DNA of 64,000 bases from Nitrospirales bacterium. Its GTDB lineage: Bacteria; Nitrospirota; Nitrospiria; Nitrospirales; UBA8639. Location of the stretch: assembly GCA_965223295.1 (NCBI GenBank), contig CBDCWC010000003.1:448001-512000 (forward strand), read 5' to 3'. Of the stretch, positions 41,001 to 50,674 are shown one piece after another (within the stretch, counting starts at the first letter, position 1; each line of letters opens with the position of its first letter). The notes under the pieces are model-generated. The model ran no database searches and was not told the DNA's origin. It saw only the letters and a program-made list of their open reading frames with translations. A program made the translations under genes and the position numbers.

Positions 41001-41797
41001 AGGATCTCAAAGCCTCTCAGGCTGAGACACCAGACCATAACGCCCTTCAGCAGAGCGAAGAGTCAGCCGACAATCCTGATTCTTGGCGAGAGCACCTACA
41101 GCGTATCAGGAAGAAACTCGAACGTATCGGCCCCATTAATTTGGCTGCGATCGATGAGCATGTGCAGTTGGAAGAACGCTATCAATTTTTGTTATCTCAG
41201 GAAGAAGATTTAGCAGGGTCCATCCAATCTCTTCAAGAAATTATTCAGCGTTTAAACCAAACAACCAATAAGTTGTTTGCCGAAACCTTTAAAGAATTGC
41301 AAGTCAAGTTTAATGAGGTATTCTCGGCGCTCTTCGCCGGCGGACGGGCAGAACTGGTGCTGGTTGACGAATCAGCCGAACACTCTCCCGACTCCGAACC
41401 TGGCCAGTCCAGTGAAGAAGAACGCTCTCATGCCCTCAAGAAGGAACCCGGTGTTGACATTGTCGCCCAACCACCCGGCAAACGTTTAAAAAATCTAAGT
41501 ATGTTGTCAGGTGGAGAAAAAACCATGACCGTGATGGCGCTGCTCTTCGCCAGCTTTCTCATCCGACCCTCGCCTTTTTGTGTGTTGGACGAGGTCGATG
41601 CCCCGCTGGACGAAACAAATGTCGTCCGATTCGGCCAATTTTTAAAACAGATGGCTGAGCGTTCTCAGTTTGTCGTCATTACCCATAATAAACGCACCAT
41701 GGAGGTTGCCAATTCTCTATTTGGAGTCACCATGGAAGAGCCAGGAGTCTCCAAGCTGATCTCTGTTCGTCTGAATGAATTGCAAGAAGTTGGCTGA
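38090..41797 (+). CDS. smc: Chromosome segregation protein SMC
   Basis: GFKSF, Walker A GPNGTGKSN, coiled coils and hinge, LSGGEK signature, Walker B VLDEVDAPLD, ITH. Confidence 0.96.
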   Translation: MNLRTLVVNGFKSFAETKVDFPNGITAVVGPNGTGKSNIVDAILWAMGEQSAKSLRSERMEDVIFNGTEQRKPMGMVEASLVFSDVTPQELEPVSALVEGLEQTTDVMITRRLYRDGDSEYYFNKISCRLKDIRGFLWNARAGTRGQSVIEQGNIEQLLSASPQERREFIEGTAGIIRYKKQKAEALRKLQSTENNLLRVRDILGEVHQQLRVLTRQAKQAEDYQALLQESRDLEVRLLTWDFQRFFQEHREVEKELADSENQEMACVADEVRLTAEQQEVQLRLTAVNDSLQQAQEEFREIEQRMSQAFTEIQIERTRLEQYEHTHEQILEERTRIHDTGQEAVGLLEALRERMAQTREEIEVSSASIAEGEENLATITARRRDMEEKVDHGREAILAVAVEQTNVENRLRSLGEGQSTTGRRVDRVVADLMQSQVAQTALQSEHETLQEQRSTLESQLADLRTQQEQLEVSLQSHRETREELDGVIRELQTQSAGTESELKALQGIFREELGYGQSGDSAETSIREQCTSIQAALAERMDVPEDMEQAVEAALGSQLQAWIVASPQEAQESIAQFQQHEWGKGCFLPLQIPRADTASDPVWWATLESDPSVKGLARKFVHAPAEVTPIVDRLLRNTVIVETLANAMALMDKHEWFQGDGPCFVTLTGETVSSLGVINGGSMGESGGLLHRRREILALEEKSQDLRNDLLQEKETHKALCQNIETIAAQFEEAVSSIRTLEMQALTVQKEEMSKEQALPELLRRLESLQLEREMEETELARLQSEETEARHQREALEHRRAEEQAILSQAQASLRELDEEQEGITSRLNDLKMKHHTLNAQWNHEHSNQERLEQEAEQRNVRVQEIDQQLEQLFLQSRTSQEARFKNEAVIEDCGTQKESKEGQLRDLQNQHTECLEEVKRLDSLIGQARETLAHIFKSRVPIEGHLAEMRTKLQAVEETLAQTYDISIKDLKASQAETPDHNALQQSEESADNPDSWREHLQRIRKKLERIGPINLAAIDEHVQLEERYQFLLSQEEDLAGSIQSLQEIIQRLNQTTNKLFAETFKELQVKFNEVFSALFAGGRAELVLVDESAEHSPDSEPGQSSEEERSHALKKEPGVDIVAQPPGKRLKNLSMLSGGEKTMTVMALLFASFLIRPSPFCVLDEVDAPLDETNVVRFGQFLKQMAERSQFVVITHNKRTMEVANSLFGVTMEEPGVSKLISVRLNELQEVG

Positions 41798-41845
41798 AAC
41801 TCTTTTTGAGGAAGACTACGGTGCGTAGGTACACTGAGTGTTAAT

Positions 41846-41884
41846 AAAAAGCCCCTACCTGAAATTTCAGGTAGGGGCTTTTTT
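41846..41884. terminator. Bidirectional intrinsic terminator between smc and ferredoxin
   Basis: AAAAAGCCCCTACCTGAAATTTCAGGTAGGGGCTTTTTT. Confidence 0.85.
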
Positions 41885-41910
41885 AAATACCTTCTTTTAT
41901 GAAGCGAGGA

Positions 41911-42258
41911 CTAATTCCTTACGCCGCTCCAGACTTTTTCAGGATCAATTTCTTTGTCCGGATTAAGTTGTTTCGCTTTTTCCAAGAGAACATCCGTTGT
42001 CTCAGGAATTTCCGGATCTGGCACACAGCAATCATCAACCGGACATACAGCAGCACATTGCGGTTCATCAAAGTGCCCAACACATTCCGTGCAGCGTTCA
42101 TAGGTAATGACGTACACCGTATCACCATCCCCTTGACCTTCACCAACCTTGAGGTCTTGTTCTTCCGCAGCACTGCGAGTCTCAAAAATAGCTTCATTGG
42201 GGCATTCAGGGAGGCATGCACCACAATTAATGCATTCTTCGGTGATCAGTAACGACAT
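41911..42258 (-). CDS. YfhL-type 2[4Fe-4S] ferredoxin
   Basis: CINCGACLPECP and CTECVGHFDEPQCAAVCP; RBS AAGGAGG. Confidence 0.92.
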   Translation of the reverse strand: MSLLITEECINCGACLPECPNEAIFETRSAAEEQDLKVGEGQGDGDTVYVITYERCTECVGHFDEPQCAAVCPVDDCCVPDPEIPETTDVLLEKAKQLNPDKEIDPEKVWSGVRN

Positions 42259-42551
42259 AATTCCTCCTTACACAGACAAATGAAAAGTATCGTCAATTGG
42301 ATAATGTTTGGCGAGGCAGCAAATCGTTTCAATTTCTATTGAAATTCTACCTATTAAGCATGCGAAACACAAAAATATTGTAGCGGCTAAATTTTGAATG
42401 CGTCAACAGGACAGAAGACCTATGTGCTAAGCCATTCGGACCGACTGCTTGTCGTAAGGTAAGATGACTGATATTTGAATGAGAGTTGAGATTAGCAGTA
42501 AGATCTGTTCATTCCGCCATCATTTTTTCCTTTCCACTGTTACTGTTCAAG

Positions 42552-43490
42552 ATGCCCCAACATCATGCCAAACCTTCGGTTCTTTCGGCCTACGGAGCCT
42601 TGACCACCGCCGCAATGGTCTGGGGAGGATCTGTGGTTGCGCAAAAAGTTGCTCTTGGTCCATTTTCTCCCGTCGAGACCTCGGTCTTTCGTGGTCTCGG
42701 AGCTTTGGCGATTCTTATCCCACTATGGTTATGGACAGAAGGTAGCCAACGGTTTTCAATAAAAGACTGGGGCGTTTTCGGCCTCTTAGGATTGGGCGTG
42801 TTAGGCAATCATCTCTTGGTACTCTTTGGATTGCAATTCATTGCCGCTGGGTCCGCAGGAGTCATTATCGGGGCCAGCCCAGCCATCACAGCTTTTCTCT
42901 CGTCAATCATCCTAAAAGACGTCCCACTCCGCGTGATTTGGGTTGGATGTGTGGTCTCCTTTGTGGGCGTCGTTATCATCACCGGACAAAGTGGGCTCGT
43001 GGAGAATGGATCTCATCCACTATTGGGAGGGACGTTAGTCTTCTTTGCTTTGGTAAGTTGGGCCTTGTACACGATTGGGTGCCGACGAACAATGGGACGC
43101 TTTTCTCCCCTCACCGTTACCTGGACGACTCTCCTGATGTCCTTAGTGCTTGAAATTCCTATCCTTGCCATTAATCATAAAATACTGGTAGCAGGTATGG
43201 ATTCTGTGCCGATCTCAGGCTGGGTAGCACTAATCTATGTTATGGTGTTTGCCACAGCCTTGGGACAACAGGCTTGGCTCTATGGGGTAAATGGAGTCGG
43301 ACCATCCCAGGCAGGGATTTTTGGCAATTTGGTCCCTGTTTCGGCCCTGATATTTTCGTTTCTGATTTTAGGTGAGCCGGTTGGCGGGAGAGAAATCGCT
43401 GGGGTAGGATTGATTCTGTCAGGCGTGTGGCTGGTCAATCAACAGGCTCAGAAACATGCAACAAGACATTCAGCGCTATCGAAGGACTGA
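42552..43490 (+). CDS. EamA/DMT-family transporter
   Basis: About 10 TM segments; WG.S, FR, WALYT, ILGE motifs. Confidence 0.88.
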   Translation: MPQHHAKPSVLSAYGALTTAAMVWGGSVVAQKVALGPFSPVETSVFRGLGALAILIPLWLWTEGSQRFSIKDWGVFGLLGLGVLGNHLLVLFGLQFIAAGSAGVIIGASPAITAFLSSIILKDVPLRVIWVGCVVSFVGVVIITGQSGLVENGSHPLLGGTLVFFALVSWALYTIGCRRTMGRFSPLTVTWTTLLMSLVLEIPILAINHKILVAGMDSVPISGWVALIYVMVFATALGQQAWLYGVNGVGPSQAGIFGNLVPVSALIFSFLILGEPVGGREIAGVGLILSGVWLVNQQAQKHATRHSALSKD

Positions 43491-43511
43491 GAGAGAGGAA
43501 CAGGACTCATT

Positions 43512-43904
43512 ATGTTGAAGGAACGGATAGAAGAAGTGACGCAGATGAATGAACAGTTTTATAAGGCGTTTGAAAATCTTGATGTTGGATTGATGGATTC
43601 GATCTGGGCTCATGAAGAATATGTCACATGCATCCATCCCGGTTGGAGCATTCGCGTGGGATGGCCCGCGGTGAGGGATTCATGGGTGGTGATTTTTAAT
43701 AATACGTTCTCGATGGAATTTGAGCTCACTGAATTACAAGTGCAAGTGGCGGCGGACGTTGCCTGGGTGATTTGCACGGAAAATATTGCGAGTCGGGTCG
43801 GCGAATCTCCTCAACAGAGCCAGGTCGTGGCCACCAACTTATTTGAGCGAATTGGCGATGAATGGAAAATGATCCACCATCATGGCTCTCCCCTGATGGA
43901 ATAG
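43512..43904 (+). CDS. SnoaL/NTF2-like protein
   Basis: NEQFYKAFE..D, CIHPGW...GW..VR.SW, ATNLF, WKMIHHHGS. Confidence 0.85.
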   Translation: MLKERIEEVTQMNEQFYKAFENLDVGLMDSIWAHEEYVTCIHPGWSIRVGWPAVRDSWVVIFNNTFSMEFELTELQVQVAADVAWVICTENIASRVGESPQQSQVVATNLFERIGDEWKMIHHHGSPLME

Positions 43905-43924
43905 GGTCGGAACCAACAGCTGTC

Positions 43925-44146
43925 TTAAGAGGCGGTGGTATGCAAAACAGTGTCGGCCCATTCTTCGACAATCGTGTCACGCTCATCCATGGTCATTGCA
44001 CTGTATTTCTTGAACATGCCCAGTCCACCCTTTTTTTTTCGCCACGTCAAAAACAATAAAAAATGTTCTTTGCAAATTGACCCCGTGCCAGCCGGTGCAT
44101 AGAGAGGTTCGGTGCATCCACCAATTAAACAAGATTCGGTACTCAT
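43925..44146 (-). CDS. Small hypothetical protein, possible zinc-binding
   Basis: RBS AAGGAG; C-x4-C...C-x2-H pattern. Confidence 0.65.
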   Translation of the reverse strand: MSTESCLIGGCTEPLYAPAGTGSICKEHFLLFLTWRKKKGGLGMFKKYSAMTMDERDTIVEEWADTVLHTTAS

Positions 44147-44376
44147 CTGATCTCCTTTAAAAGACTGATGGTTGTGTGTCCTTTAGAAGTATGCCGAACT
44201 AGAAGAACTGAAGGCAATCATTATGGTCTTAGGAGGCCCTCCATTCCGAGATCCAGTGAGCCAGACTCGGCTCCCTTGCGTTCTCCCGTATAAGGCGGGT
44301 ATCGTAGGTTCCCTATTTGTCGGAACTGTCCGGACATCGGCTTATTTTATTGTGTCTCAGCAAAGGAGTGTGTGTT

Positions 44377-44856
44377 GTGTTGACAGCTAAAGATGTGTTT
44401 GAACAAACAAAAACGGCCGCCTTGGCTGCTACGGACGAGGACGAGAAGCCGCTTCAAATTGACTATGCCGCCCTCGAGGGAAAAATTGAACGAACGTTGG
44501 GGGGCCGAAACATTGAATTGCTCCATATCAATAAATTTCTTCCGGAAGGGTATGAAGATCAAGGTCGGTTCAATGTCCTTATTATGTCACGAGGGCATGT
44601 GTTGTTCGACCTGATCATTGGTGATTCCTATTTTCGATATGATGTCTTTTCCTGTCGTGACTTGGACAAGATTCAGCTAATCGATGGGACCTGGGATAAT
44701 AAGGAAAACCGCACACAAGATATGTTTCTGAGCCTACGACTCATGCATGGAGACGAAGCTCATATTTTGTTGGCGCTGAGTGACGAGGAACGGGAACCCG
44801 TTTTGAAGTTTGCCGATAAAATTTCCCAAGGCCGACATCCCGAAAAATCATCCTGA
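44377..44856 (+). CDS. Hypothetical protein
   Basis: RBS AAAGGAG before GTG 44377; protein-like composition. Confidence 0.65.
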   Translation: MLTAKDVFEQTKTAALAATDEDEKPLQIDYAALEGKIERTLGGRNIELLHINKFLPEGYEDQGRFNVLIMSRGHVLFDLIIGDSYFRYDVFSCRDLDKIQLIDGTWDNKENRTQDMFLSLRLMHGDEAHILLALSDEEREPVLKFADKISQGRHPEKSS

Positions 44857-44858
44857 AT

Positions 44859-45020
44859 GGGTCTGTTGAAAAAGGCCGCCAGCGGCGTTCCCTGCCTTCG
44901 CCGGAGCGACTTCGCGCAGGCAAGCGGACTTTTTTGAACCCGAACCGCCCCGACGCTGTTGATTGCCAAGGGCTTCTTGGCAAAATGTGGCCGTTGATAT
45001 CTTCATTGTTCAATACCCCC
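44859..45020 (-). repeat. MITE-like element copy 10 (alternative core)
   Basis: GGGTCTGTTGAAAAAGGCCGCCAGCGGCG...TTCAATACCCCC, starting 2 nt after a stop codon; no clear duplication. Confidence 0.86.
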
Positions 45021-45149
45021 GCATAGAAGGTTATGGTATTTTAACTGACGAATTCAGAAACTCCTTCGCTCTTTCGGGAAAAAGCTTTGGAGGAAGGTAA
45101 AGATTCCTCAATAGCATAACCACTATTCGTCTGGAACTTGAGAAACCGA

Positions 45150-46244
45150 CTACGGTTTCGTGAAGGGTAGAGCCGCAACAGATGCCGAAAGCTTCTTGTC
45201 TTCTGTTGCTATCTCTAATTGAGTGCCAGGTGGGGTAAAATCTCGCAACGGAAATCCTAAGGCAATAGGTTTTTGAAGAAGGGGGGAGAAGGTCGAACTT
45301 GAGACCCATCCAACTTCACGTGTCCCCGAAAAGAGTTTCGTGCCAGGTTCTGGAAAATCATTTTCTGTTCCTTCGATCACCAAACCGACAAGCCTCCGTT
45401 TAACCGACCCGTAGGTATCCATTCGGGCCACAACCTCCTGTCCAGGGTAACAACCTTTCGATAAACTAAAGGCACTCCCTTCTAAGTTGGCTTCAGGCGG
45501 CACGATCCGGTCATTGATATCCGGACCCAATCGAGGCAACCCGGCTTCAATTCGTGCTGTTTCACGTATCTCTCTCCCAATGGGTTTCAACCCTAGTGGC
45601 TCCTCTGTATTCAAAAGATGTGCCCACAACGATGGGAGCGTTTCTAGTGGCGCGAACAGTTCAAAGTCAGTGTTTCCCGTCTCATCGGTCTTGGCAAGAA
45701 AACCCTCTTTGCCTTCAAAGCTAAAAGACAATGATTGGAGAGATTCTAACTCCTCGACTTTTAGGCTTAAGGCTGTTTTCAGAATTTCTACAGCCTTGGG
45801 TCCGGTGAGAAGAAGGAGCCCATGGGTTTCGATGCCTTTGGCCATCTTGGCCTTTGTGCCATAGAGCAGAAACTTTCGAAAAGCGGTATATGTTTGCTCG
45901 CCGATCTCACCAACATCCTCAATCACCACTGCCTCTGGACGGATGAATACGCGAAAGTAAGACAGGATTTTCCCCTTATGATCCATAAAGGTAGAATATC
46001 GGCCTTGGCCTGGTTGGAGTGGAAGAATGTCTTGGCTAATGATGCTTTGCAGCCAGGTGATTCGATCGTCACCTGTCACAACGACTCTTCCTCGAGATGA
46101 GAGATCTGCTATCCCAGCACTCGTGTGGATGGCTTCGTACTCTGCTTGTGGGTCGCCATAGTGAGCGGGAAGTTCCCAGTCGTCATGAGATTGGAATATA
46201 GCTCCAACGGCCTGATGCTGCTCGTGAAGGGGAAGGGTTTTCAT
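45150..46244 (-). CDS. ygfZ: Folate-binding Fe-S assembly/repair protein (YgfZ/GcvT family)
   Basis: Signature KGCYPGQEVVAR; GcvT-like fold motifs. Confidence 0.85.
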   Translation of the reverse strand: MKTLPLHEQHQAVGAIFQSHDDWELPAHYGDPQAEYEAIHTSAGIADLSSRGRVVVTGDDRITWLQSIISQDILPLQPGQGRYSTFMDHKGKILSYFRVFIRPEAVVIEDVGEIGEQTYTAFRKFLLYGTKAKMAKGIETHGLLLLTGPKAVEILKTALSLKVEELESLQSLSFSFEGKEGFLAKTDETGNTDFELFAPLETLPSLWAHLLNTEEPLGLKPIGREIRETARIEAGLPRLGPDINDRIVPPEANLEGSAFSLSKGCYPGQEVVARMDTYGSVKRRLVGLVIEGTENDFPEPGTKLFSGTREVGWVSSSTFSPLLQKPIALGFPLRDFTPPGTQLEIATEDKKLSASVAALPFTKP

Positions 46245-46624
46245 GAGGCAGTTGAGGCGGTGACCTCTTCAAACAAAGCCAGGGTTCTAGCCGAGAACTC
46301 ATTACGTGACACCACTTTTTGAATACCCAGTTCTTTAGCCAATTGCCATGATCCGACTTCTTCATGATTGGCAAAGGCCAAAATAGGAAGCGATTCTGTT
46401 TGAGGTGAAGCTTTAAGAGCCTTCAAGATATCTGGTATAAGCAATCGGTCATCATTCATATTGACGATCATCCCGACAGGCTGACTCTGGGCGGCTTTTT
46501 CTTGCCAATCATCAGCATTGCGAATTCGCTCAAGTTTATACCCAGCAGGGAAAAATGCATCGCGAATTTTCGTATAGAAAAATATATCACTCACAGCCAC
46601 AAGAATCGTTTTGGGTTCGCTCAT
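46241..46624 (-). CDS. Receiver-like (CheY-fold) hypothetical protein
   Basis: KTILVAV...MIVNMN...LKASPQT..LPILAF...AKELG pattern; canonical Asp residues absent. Confidence 0.6.
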   Translation of the reverse strand: MSEPKTILVAVSDIFFYTKIRDAFFPAGYKLERIRNADDWQEKAAQSQPVGMIVNMNDDRLLIPDILKALKASPQTESLPILAFANHEEVGSWQLAKELGIQKVVSRNEFSARTLALFEEVTASTAS

Positions 46625-46675
46625 AGAATCAGCCTTACGAATTGATTATTTGGAGGACTATAAAACTTTGCGCGT

Positions 46676-46745
46676 CGTCATTCCCGTGAAAACGGGAATC
46701 CAAGTTTGCTGAGGTTTTCTGGATACCGGCCTACGCGAGTATGAC
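46676..46745. repeat. REP-like palindromic pair (GTCATTCCCG...CGGGAATCCA family)
   Basis: CGTCATTCCCGTGAAAACGGGAATCCAA...TGGATACCGGCCTACGCGAGTATGAC, inverted, with a degenerate second arm. Confidence 0.7.
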
Positions 46746-46789
46746 CAGAGTGAGAAAATTGTGCCTTCATGGCTTCACAGACAAAAGGG

Positions 46790-47323
46790 TCAATTCATTA
46801 ATGTAAGAATACGCATCAACGCTTGCTTGGCCGCCTTATACTCGGGATTGAGGGCCAGCGATTTTTTGTAAGACTCGACAGCCTTGTCCCATTCTCCCTG
46901 CCGCTCATATACTCGCCCAAGATTCATATGAGGAAAGTTCGGGTTTTCATAGCGTTTGGCATTCATGGCTTTTTCCAGCCAAGGAATCGCCTCATCTAGT
47001 TGATTCAGTTCAATCAAATACACACCAATGTCATTGTACGGATTTCCGAAATCAGGATCTTGTTGAATCGCCTTGTGGCATTCTTCAATCGCTTCATTCA
47101 GTTGCCCCATAAAGCTATAGGTCCAGCCTAAAAATGTATAAGCTTCTGCTGTTGGATGTGCATTTAGTGATTGTTTATAAGTCTCAACGGCTTGTTCCAA
47201 TTGTCCCTTCATTTGAAGTTCGTATGCTTGTTGAAACAGATTCCAAGCGGCAATTTTGTCCTCTTCTTTTCCGTCGCCTTGATCGATGAAATCTTGTACA
47301 TCCATAACGATGTCGTCATGCAC
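46790..47323 (-). CDS. Tetratricopeptide repeat protein
   Basis: Repeated TPR units (AEAYTFLGW, GNPYNDIG, PHMNLG). Confidence 0.88.
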   Translation of the reverse strand: MHDDIVMDVQDFIDQGDGKEEDKIAAWNLFQQAYELQMKGQLEQAVETYKQSLNAHPTAEAYTFLGWTYSFMGQLNEAIEECHKAIQQDPDFGNPYNDIGVYLIELNQLDEAIPWLEKAMNAKRYENPNFPHMNLGRVYERQGEWDKAVESYKKSLALNPEYKAAKQALMRILTLMN

Positions 47324-47340
47324 TTGCCTTAAAATGTTCG

Positions 47341-48141
47341 CTACTCTCCTTTGAGTTTTTGACGAACCAGCTCTGCAGCACGTCGACCTGACAAGAGCAT
47401 AGAACCAAACGCCGGCCCCATTCGAGGAGAACCATCAACCGCCGCAACAGCAAGGCCAGTCACGAAACAGTTGGGATAGATTTCCCTGGTGTTTTCCACG
47501 ACAAGAGCCTCAGATTTGGCAATCCACATGGCTCCATTGCCTGGAACTTTTGTGTGGAGGTTTCTTCGATTGAGAAGATCCACCACAACAGCATCATGGC
47601 CCGTCGCATCCACAACGATTTGACTTTCAAGCGCGATAGGATCGACATGAATAATATCATGCCCCGCCATCTCTGCAGTGGTATTATTGACAACCACACC
47701 TTCCAATGACCCGGCTTCCCGCACAATGAGGTCCAACACGCGAGTCAAATTCATCACCTTGACCCCTGCTTCATAAGCTGCAGCGATGAGACGAGCGGTA
47801 GCATGAGGAGGATCGACTATCGTCATGCCATCGCATTCTTTAATAGGTTTGTAGGGTATCCCAAGTTGTTCCAAGATTGAGTCAGCTGGGGAGCAGATGG
47901 TAGCTTTGTTCATGAGGTAACCACCCGACCAAAACCCTCCTCCAAGTGCTAAACCCTGTTCAATGAGTAATGTCTTGAATCCTTGTTCAGCCAAATCTCT
48001 GGCACATAACAATCCAGAGGGCCCTGCCCCAACAATGATGACATCGCTTTCGATCAGTTGATCAAACTCTTTGTAATATTCTCGCGCGATGTGACGCGTG
48101 ACATCACGTTCACGGAGGGGTGCCATTTTCATCTGACTCAT
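47341..48141 (-). CDS. thi4: Thi4-type adenosine diphosphate thiazole synthase (non-Cys, His type)
   Basis: DVIIVGAGPSGL, GGGFWSGG, HVDP, DATGHDA, RMGPAFGSMLLSG. Confidence 0.92.
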   Translation of the reverse strand: MSQMKMAPLRERDVTRHIAREYYKEFDQLIESDVIIVGAGPSGLLCARDLAEQGFKTLLIEQGLALGGGFWSGGYLMNKATICSPADSILEQLGIPYKPIKECDGMTIVDPPHATARLIAAAYEAGVKVMNLTRVLDLIVREAGSLEGVVVNNTTAEMAGHDIIHVDPIALESQIVVDATGHDAVVVDLLNRRNLHTKVPGNGAMWIAKSEALVVENTREIYPNCFVTGLAVAAVDGSPRMGPAFGSMLLSGRRAAELVRQKLKGE

Positions 48142-48165
48142 ATAGGCTCTTTCTATAAGAATCTC

Positions 48166-50130
<1,965 letters not shown>

Positions 50131-50139
50131 TCAAAGTCA

Positions 50140-50330
50140 GGGGCTGTTGAAAAAAACCGCCAGCGGCGTTCTCGCTATTTTTCCGTCCTCACATAATGCC
50201 AGTATGCTCCGCGCGCAAAAATAGCTGCGGCCTTGCTGAACGGACTATTTTGAACAGCCCCGAGACCTCTAGCATGTTACGTCTCAGAGACTAAATGTGG
50301 CCATTGATATCATTATCATTCAACAGTCCC
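50140..50330 (-). repeat. MITE-like element copy 11 (inside the thiC leader)
   Basis: GGGGCTGTTGAAAAAA...CATTCAACAGTCCC; flanks AGTCA / CTTCA (3 of 5 match). Confidence 0.9.
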
Positions 50331-50359
50331 CTTCAAACGATAATGGCTGCCAGGAGAAG

Positions 50360-50395
50360 AAATAAAAAAGGCCACATTCGGTAAGAATGCGGCCT
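50360..50395 (-). terminator. Terminator of the TPP riboswitch expression platform
   Basis: Reverse complement AGGCCGCATTC-TTACC-GAATGTGGCCT-TTTTATTT. Confidence 0.75.
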
Positions 50396-50417
50396 GAACT
50401 TTCGTACTTTCTTTGCC

Positions 50418-50502
50418 GCTTCCCTACGCTGGTATTATCCAGGTCAGGTATGAGGGTCGTCCAACTCTTGATTGGACATCTCAGCGAAAACGCTCCCCTA
50501 GC
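50418..50502 (-). ncRNA. TPP riboswitch
   Basis: Reverse complement CTAGGGGAGC...GCTGAGA...GACCCTCATACCTGACCTGGATAATACCAGCGTAGGGAAG upstream of thiC-thi4. Confidence 0.95.
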
Positions 50503-50513
50503 CTTTTTTGTCA

Positions 50514-50542
50514 ATGCTAACGCCCCACCTGGACCTTGTCAA
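50514..50542 (-). promoter_or_regulatory. sigma70 promoter of the thiC operon
   Basis: TTGACA-17 nt-TAGCAT immediately 5' of the riboswitch. Confidence 0.7.
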
Positions 50543-50674
50543 TGAGGCGAGAGGGCTCTCTATTTATTAGTGACAGGTAGAAAGTCCCATGAAGTCTGCG
50601 CCTTTTTCAACTATGCAAGATCTGGTATGATACAAAGTTATCTCTTCACGTTCTTAAGTTTTTGGGGGGCTACT

